Positions 57,691 through 64,000 of a stretch of 64,000 bases of DNA are shown here, piece after piece. How positions within the stretch are numbered: position 1 is the stretch's first letter; every line of letters starts with the position of its first letter. A program made the position numbers and the translations under genes. The stretch comes from Octopus sinensis (taxonomy: Eukaryota), in NCBI RefSeq assembly GCF_006345805.1, contig NC_043005.1, positions 71,734,001-71,798,000 on the forward strand. Direction: 5' to 3'. The notes beneath the pieces are model-generated. The model did no database searches, was not told the origin of the DNA, and saw nothing but the letters and a program-made list of their open reading frames with translations.

Positions 57691-58294
57691 GTGTGTGTAT
57701 GTTTTGCCTTTGGTTAAAACCACTAAAACCAAATGTAAAAATAAAAAAATAAATGGAAAGAAATGTAGCCAAAGTGAAAATGAAAACAAAAACATAGACA
57801 AAACGCGATTGTATACTTACCTTATAATCTTGGCACATAGTAAGTGTAACATAGAATAGTAGTATAGTGCCACAGGCTTCTAATCAGCGCATTACAAACT
57901 ATTGATGGTGCTTAGGTAGTTTTATTGAAAATCCATTATTGCCAAACCTAAGATCTGAGACAAAGAAAGTTTATTGGGAAATATAACTCTTTGTAGATCA
58001 GTAATAAAAGATTGGTAGCTATTTAACCATATGAAATAGGCTTTTGTAAGCAAGCCATCCATACAGAGTTAATATAATAATATTGCTATTGGAGTACCAC
58101 TTCTGAATTTTCTGTTTTCCATTTCCAATCCAAAATAGAAATTATTCTTATCGTTATTCTTTCTTTCAATGTGTGCATATTAACTATTATCACCAAGTTC
58201 ATTTCAGTTGCCTCCATTCAGCCAAAATGTGAATATCTGAATAAATGTGAAAATATTTAGGTCTACTTCATTATATATATATATATTATATATA

Positions 58295-58325
<31 letters not shown>

Positions 58326-58572
58326 ATATCTATATATATATATTATATATATACATTCATACAGACATATAGATTACATACGTACATACAGGCATACATT
58401 CATAAGTACATATGTATGTATATATTTATGTATGTATATATATATATGTAAATAAAGATATATGTATATACATATATATATATGTATATATGTATATATA
58501 TATATGTATATATATAAATATATATATATATACATATGTATATATATGTATGTATATATATGTATATATATG

Positions 58573-58603
<31 letters not shown>

Positions 58604-59054
58604 GTATATATATTATTGTAGAAGTGGCATGAGTGAGTGTATAATTTTGCCAAGTAATGTCTTATAGGTCTTAGGTTCAAATGAATTGCAGACATTTATT
58701 TTATCGTCTGTTTGGAGAAGATAATAATTTCTCTTTTATTTAGTCTCCATTTTCTGTTGAATTAAGTAGATGAGATATAAATCTTCCCTTTGGCAAAGAC
58801 ATCAGTCCCCTCACAGGTAATCTCTCATGTAGATAAGTGGGATTTGAAATCAGCACTTCAAGCCAATAACATGCATAGTTTCTCATAGTCACTTCCAGAT
58901 ATTACATAGAATGCAGGTATAGTTGTGTGGTTAAGATACTTCTCTTCACAACCACATGGTTTTGGGTTCAGTTCCACTGCATGCCCCTGGGGCAAATGAC
59001 ATTTATTATAGCCCTGGGCCAACCAATGTTTTGTAGGTGAATTTATTTGGTTGG

Positions 59055-59272
59055 CAGACATGTTAGCACACTGGGTGAAACATGTAGCTGTAATTCATCT
59101 GCCGTTACGTTCTGAGTTCAAATTCCGCCGAGGTCGACTTTGCCTTTCATCCTTTCGGGATTGATAAATTAAGTACCAGTTATGCACTGGGGTCGATGTA
59201 ATCGACTTAATCTGTTTGTCTGTCCTTGTTTGTCCTCTCTGTGTTTAGCCCCTTGTGGGTAGTAATGAAATA
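59055..59272 (+). mobile_element. SINE family A nested in B
   Basis: gttacgttctgagttcaaattccgccgaggtcgactttgcctttcatcc. Confidence 0.85.
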
Positions 59273-59879
59273 GGGTGGAAACAGCACAGAATCCCATCAT
59301 GTTTGTGTCTATGCATGCTTTTCTTAGTATTTGTGTTTGTCCATTTTCCTACTGATTCGCAACTGGTGTTGGTTTGTTTACATCCTCATAACTTAGCTGT
59401 TTGGCAAAAGATACTGTAGTTGAATATATAGTCAGTACGAGGTTTGACGTGGTTGCATGCATGTTATTACATGAGTTCATATAGGGCTGAAAGAATAAAT
59501 CCAAGATCTATATATTTACTACATAAAAATATATTTTATTCTTCTTTTGATGGGGATGATGATACATGGAATCGAATTGTAGAAGTTAGTTGAATGAAGT
59601 AATCTATGCAAGAAAGTTCAGAGATAGAAAATGTAGAATAACAGCTGAGTGAAAGTTTTCAGTTAATGCTGTTATAGGGCATAAGAAACAGATATACATA
59701 GCAACTACATGAATGGCTCTAAGTCTAATTGACTAAGGAGCAAAAAGATGGGTTAGCAAGCTGCTTTTATAAAGGGAGCACTACACCACTACAATACTAA
59801 CTGACTGATAGAATAATTACAAGACTGAAATCAGGTACTGGGGTCAATTTGATCGACAAACCTGACGAGGCAGTGTTCT

Positions 59880-60176
59880 TATTTCATTATTGCCCACAAG
59901 GGGCTAAACATAGAGGGGACAAACAAAGGCAGATAAAGGGATTAAGTCGATTACATCGACCTCAGTGTGTAACTGGTACTTAATTTATCGACCCCAAAAG
60001 GATGAAAGGCAAAGTCGATCTCGGAGGAATTTGAACTCAGAACGTAACGGCAGACGAAATACCGCTAAGCATTTCGCCTGATGCGCTAACGTTTCTTCCA
60101 GCTCAACACCTTAAGACGGACGAAATACTGCTAAGCATTTCGCCCAGCATGCTAACATTTCTGCCAGCTCGCCAAT
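59880..60176 (-). mobile_element. SINE family A with duplicated head and 13-bp TSD
   Basis: TSD gaggcagtgttct at 59867-59879 and 60177-60189. Confidence 0.9.
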
Positions 60177-60796
60177 GAGGCAGTGTTCTAGCATGGCCAC
60201 AGTTTAATGACTGAAAGAGGTAAAAATATTGACCCCAACTCGGACATTGATGGGTAACAGTGCTGACCAACCACGGACAAGCTATTGACCTCTCAGTTGG
60301 TTATTAAGTACTCTGGCATTTCCGTGATATTCTCTCTACATTTCTTGGTAGAACACTTTATTCTGCCTACCTCTCTTCTGCTACAACCAGAAGCTAATAC
60401 CAGTTTGTTTCAAGAACTTTCTTAGGCTTCATACCTACCTACAGAAATCAAGAGAAAATAACGAGAGCAATTTAATTTCTTTTTTATTTTCTGTTATATA
60501 TTTTTTATTTCTGTGGATACAGCTTTCACATGATGACCATGGAAGAGAAATAAGATAATTGACCAATGGGAACTGAGAATTTTCTCAAAGGAATTAGAGA
60601 CTTAAATGAAATGAAATGGCTTTTAAATGAGATCATGAACCTAGCTCACCAGTAGCTTGATACTATTAAATACTGCTTATTATAGATGATAAAAATATTT
60701 CATCATTTGGCTATGGTATCTATGTCTGCCTGTCTGCCTGTCCATCTGTCTGTCTGTCTATCTATCCAGATGGATAAAGGTGTGTGTGTATGTGTA

Positions 60797-60828
<32 letters not shown>

Positions 60829-61097
60829 AGTATGTATTGGGAAAGCGCATGGCTTAGTAGTTAGGATGTTGCACTCATGATTGCAAGATTGGGGGTTCAA
60901 TCCCCAGACTTGGCATTACATTGTGTTCTTGAGCAAAACTTTTGGATTTGCAATATAAGCCTATACAGGCTTAGGAACTTGAAGTGGTGATGGCAGCAAA
61001 CTCAAAGGCTGCCCGAATCAGCACACACTCTAGCTATGCCACTGCATCATGTTACACTCTGCATCATGTTACACTCTGTATCATGTTACACACTGTG

Positions 61098-61332
61098 GAG
61101 GTTCGTGGCTTAGTGGTTAGGGTGTTAAACTCATGATCGTAAGGTTGTGGTTTCGATTCCTGGACCGAGTGATGCGTTGTGTTCTTGAGCAAAACACTTT
61201 ATTTCACGTTGCTCCAGTCCACTCTGCTGGCAAAAATGAGTAATCCTGCAACAGACCAGCCAGGTGGGGAATTTCTACTCCACTGAAACTGGGAAACCAG
61301 TCCTTATGAGCCTGGCATGGCTCGAGAAGGAA

Positions 61333-61387
<55 letters not shown>

Positions 61388-61430
61388 TTATTATTATTAT
61401 TATTATTATTATATTATTATTATTATTATT
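61098..61430 (+). mobile_element. SINE family D with (TTA)n tail and 15-bp TSD
   Basis: TSD atgttacacactgtg at 61083-61097 and 61431-61445. Confidence 0.9.
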
Positions 61431-62807
61431 ATGTTACACACTGTGTCATGCGGAGTCTTTGTGAGGATTTCATTAATAATACATATGACTGTGGAATATT
61501 CATCCACTTATATGTTGATTCAATATACAGGGAGTTTAGTCATCAAAGAGATGAAGACTCGTCATTGAAAACTAACAGAAATCAGTTTACTTTTCCTTAG
61601 CATGTTGAGAGATGTTCAATGAAGAATATAAATGGAATGGTAGAAAAATGTAATCAAAGCCAAAAGCAACAGAGAAAGCATCTAAGAAAGGTTACCTTTG
61701 ATGATGTACATTTAAAAGTAACTTCTCAGATATTAGCATAAAGACATATATATATAGTTTAAACAAGTGGTAGAGTTGACTTGTTCATATTATAATCTCT
61801 TTTATGTTTTGACATGAAAGGCATTAAAAAAAAAATGACAATGCCAATAGAATATGGATTCCTAATGCAGTAAAATGCAGCAAAATATTTAGTTCACTGC
61901 TGTAGCACATCACCTACCTTACAACCAGCATCCAGGAAGAAGAGCTTCTTCAGTTATTAAGTTCTGATAAATCATCATCGCTGTTGTTTACCTTTGTTCA
62001 TTGATCATTTCTGATCAAGTAAACTTATAATCAAAGGTGTTCCATTTATGGCCATTCCATCTTATTTTGCACTAATGTACTCTGGACTACATTTTCCAAT
62101 ATGAACTTTGGTTTTTAAAGGTGATAGGATATGGTGTCTGACAAATTCGATGAGTATATTTCATACAACAAGCTACCACCTGCAATCTTCCTTGTTGGTT
62201 TTTTTTTTCCCCTCTGTTTTCAGGTTGTGCAGACCTTTTAGAGATTGCAGGTGAATCATATATCTTTTAATTCATCTATTCTTTTACTTTTTTTTCCATT
62301 ACCTGATTGCAACCATGCTGAGGTATTCTCTTGAAGGATTTATTCAATCAAATGAATCTCAGTATTTATTTTATGCCTGGTATTTATTTTATCACTCTCA
62401 TTTCTCAAACCACTAAGTTACTTGGATGTAAACAAATCAACAGTGGCTGCCAAACAGTGAGAAACAAACACACTCATGAACACACACACACACACACATT
62501 TATACATGTGAATGTATATGACAGGATTTGGCTGAGTTCCAGTCTATCATCATCATCATCTAATATAATTCAAAGGACATTGGTAAGTCTAGGACTATAG
62601 GGCAAAATCTTACTTGTCCAAGGTGCTATGCAGTGGAACTGAACCTGAAACATGATTCTGTGAAGCCACCTTCTTGCCCTCACAACCACGTCTATTCCTG
62701 TAATACCTTTAATCTTTTACTTGCCATACTGGGGCACCTCCTCAAAGAGTTTAGTCAAACTAATCAACCACATTATTTATCTTTAAGTCTAGTATTTATT
62801 TTAATGG

Positions 62808-63239
62808 TGTAGTGACTCCATCTTGGAAATCTCCAGCACACATGCGCAGAGTTGCATTCTTCCGGGAGGCCTGCTGAAGTTCCCTCATGCGCATGCGCAG
62901 AAAACTAGCAGCAGCGAAATTTCCCTTGTATCGTCCTCTTGAACGCTGGCAGCTGCACAGGACAGTGGTGTTTTATCAGCTCTCTCAAGCTGCTACCTTG
63001 TGGCATTTCTCTGCTATGCTTGAACAGACAGAATTTGGCTCACTCCACTTGGCAACTGCGATGAGCTCCTAGGCTGTCGATTCGCCCTGAAAAAAGAATG
63101 TGTATATTGCGAATACAGAAATAAAATATTTATGCTGTTGAAGTTAATCAGAAGTCTTGACTCTTTCCTTTGATTAATATTTTAATGTAAAGGATGCGAG
63201 CTGCACCCATCCAGTGCGGGGACCTCTCATCCTGTTACA
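62808..63239 (+). mobile_element. Probable solo LTR inserted in a family B SINE
   Basis: TGTAGTGA...TGTTACA termini, GC-rich, AATAAA near 63120; B sequence resumes on both sides; no clean TSD. Confidence 0.6.
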
Positions 63240-64000
63240 TTAGTTTTTTTGACAAACTGCTAGGCTACTGGGACATAAATAAACAAACACTGGTAGTCGA
63301 ATGGTGGTGGGTTACAAACACAAACACAAAGATACACCACACCGTTTCCAACCACCAAATTCACCCACAAGGCATTGATGGGTTGATAATGTAAAAGCAG
63401 ACACTTTTCATGAGGTGCTGTGAAGTGGGACTGAAACCTAAATTAGGTGGTTACAAAACAAGCTCTTTAACAATGTAGCTATGCCTGCACCTTTGTCTAG
63501 ATATGTGCAAATCAACAATACCTATTTCCATGCATCTCGTTTTCATATCATATCATGTGTGAAGCTCTAATTTCATGTCTTCCTTGGTGTTTATAACCTA
63601 CCAACAGTCAATTCACATTAGCTTTTCAACCAAAACGTCTCATCATTCACATTATATGTTATCCAATTCAATGCAAATGTCCCTGATACCCCCAACCACA
63701 AATAAAAGCCCCAAAAATAATATAAATAAATAAATAAATTTCCTGGCAGATCAACAGATAGAAACAAATAAAGAAATAACACTCGAATAATTGTTACACT
63801 GAATGATCCTATCGAACACATGGTGTCTACTGAGATACATTTACATGTGCATGCTTCTTGATTACATTTACATATTTAAATTTCCTTGATGAATAATTGA
63901 TAGACTAGTTTTAGATTTCCAAATCTTTCGTTTTATTTTGTCATTTCTGTTTCTCTAATCCATTTAATCACTCTACATTTATTATTATCATTATTATTAT

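Larger units (their letters stand above)
58912..60225 (+). mobile_element. SINE family B split by nested insertions
   Basis: Head 58912-59050, middle 59275-59415, tail 59790-59879 and 60177-60225. Confidence 0.75.

Noticed and set aside
61040-61097. Short direct repeats resembling a CRISPR array
   Set aside because: Contiguous 17-bp tandem units without spacers, in eukaryotic DNA; a minisatellite plus TSD.
63618-63821. Hydrophobic 67-aa ORF
   Set aside because: Built partly on an (AAAT)n repeat, with no consistent splice phase or recognisable motif.

Overview
AT-rich animal genomic DNA packed with (TA)n, (TG)n, (TCTA)n and (TTA)n microsatellites and tRNA-derived SINEs. The repeat inventory strongly suggests an Octopus (cephalopod) genome; this is inferred from repeat style, not from a database match. 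Nearly every ORF in the supplied track is a microsatellite artefact. Beneath the repeats I find the last three coding exons of an unidentified minus-strand gene (22088-22357, 15146-15262, 12730-12791), all joined in phase 1; most of the rest is probably intron or intergenic DNA. Mobile DNA includes at least five SINE-like families (called A-E here), decayed RTE, CR1-group and R4/Dong LINEs, Penelope-like remnants with hammerhead ribozyme motifs, a mariner fragment, a TTAA piggyBac-type MITE, Helitron-like non-autonomous elements and a probable solo LTR. I cannot establish a new biological system. The best leads are the unnamed gene, the intronic hammerhead motifs, long fold-back elements, modular and nested SINEs, and candidate recursive splice sites. 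SINE and LINE boundaries are approximate unless a TSD is given.
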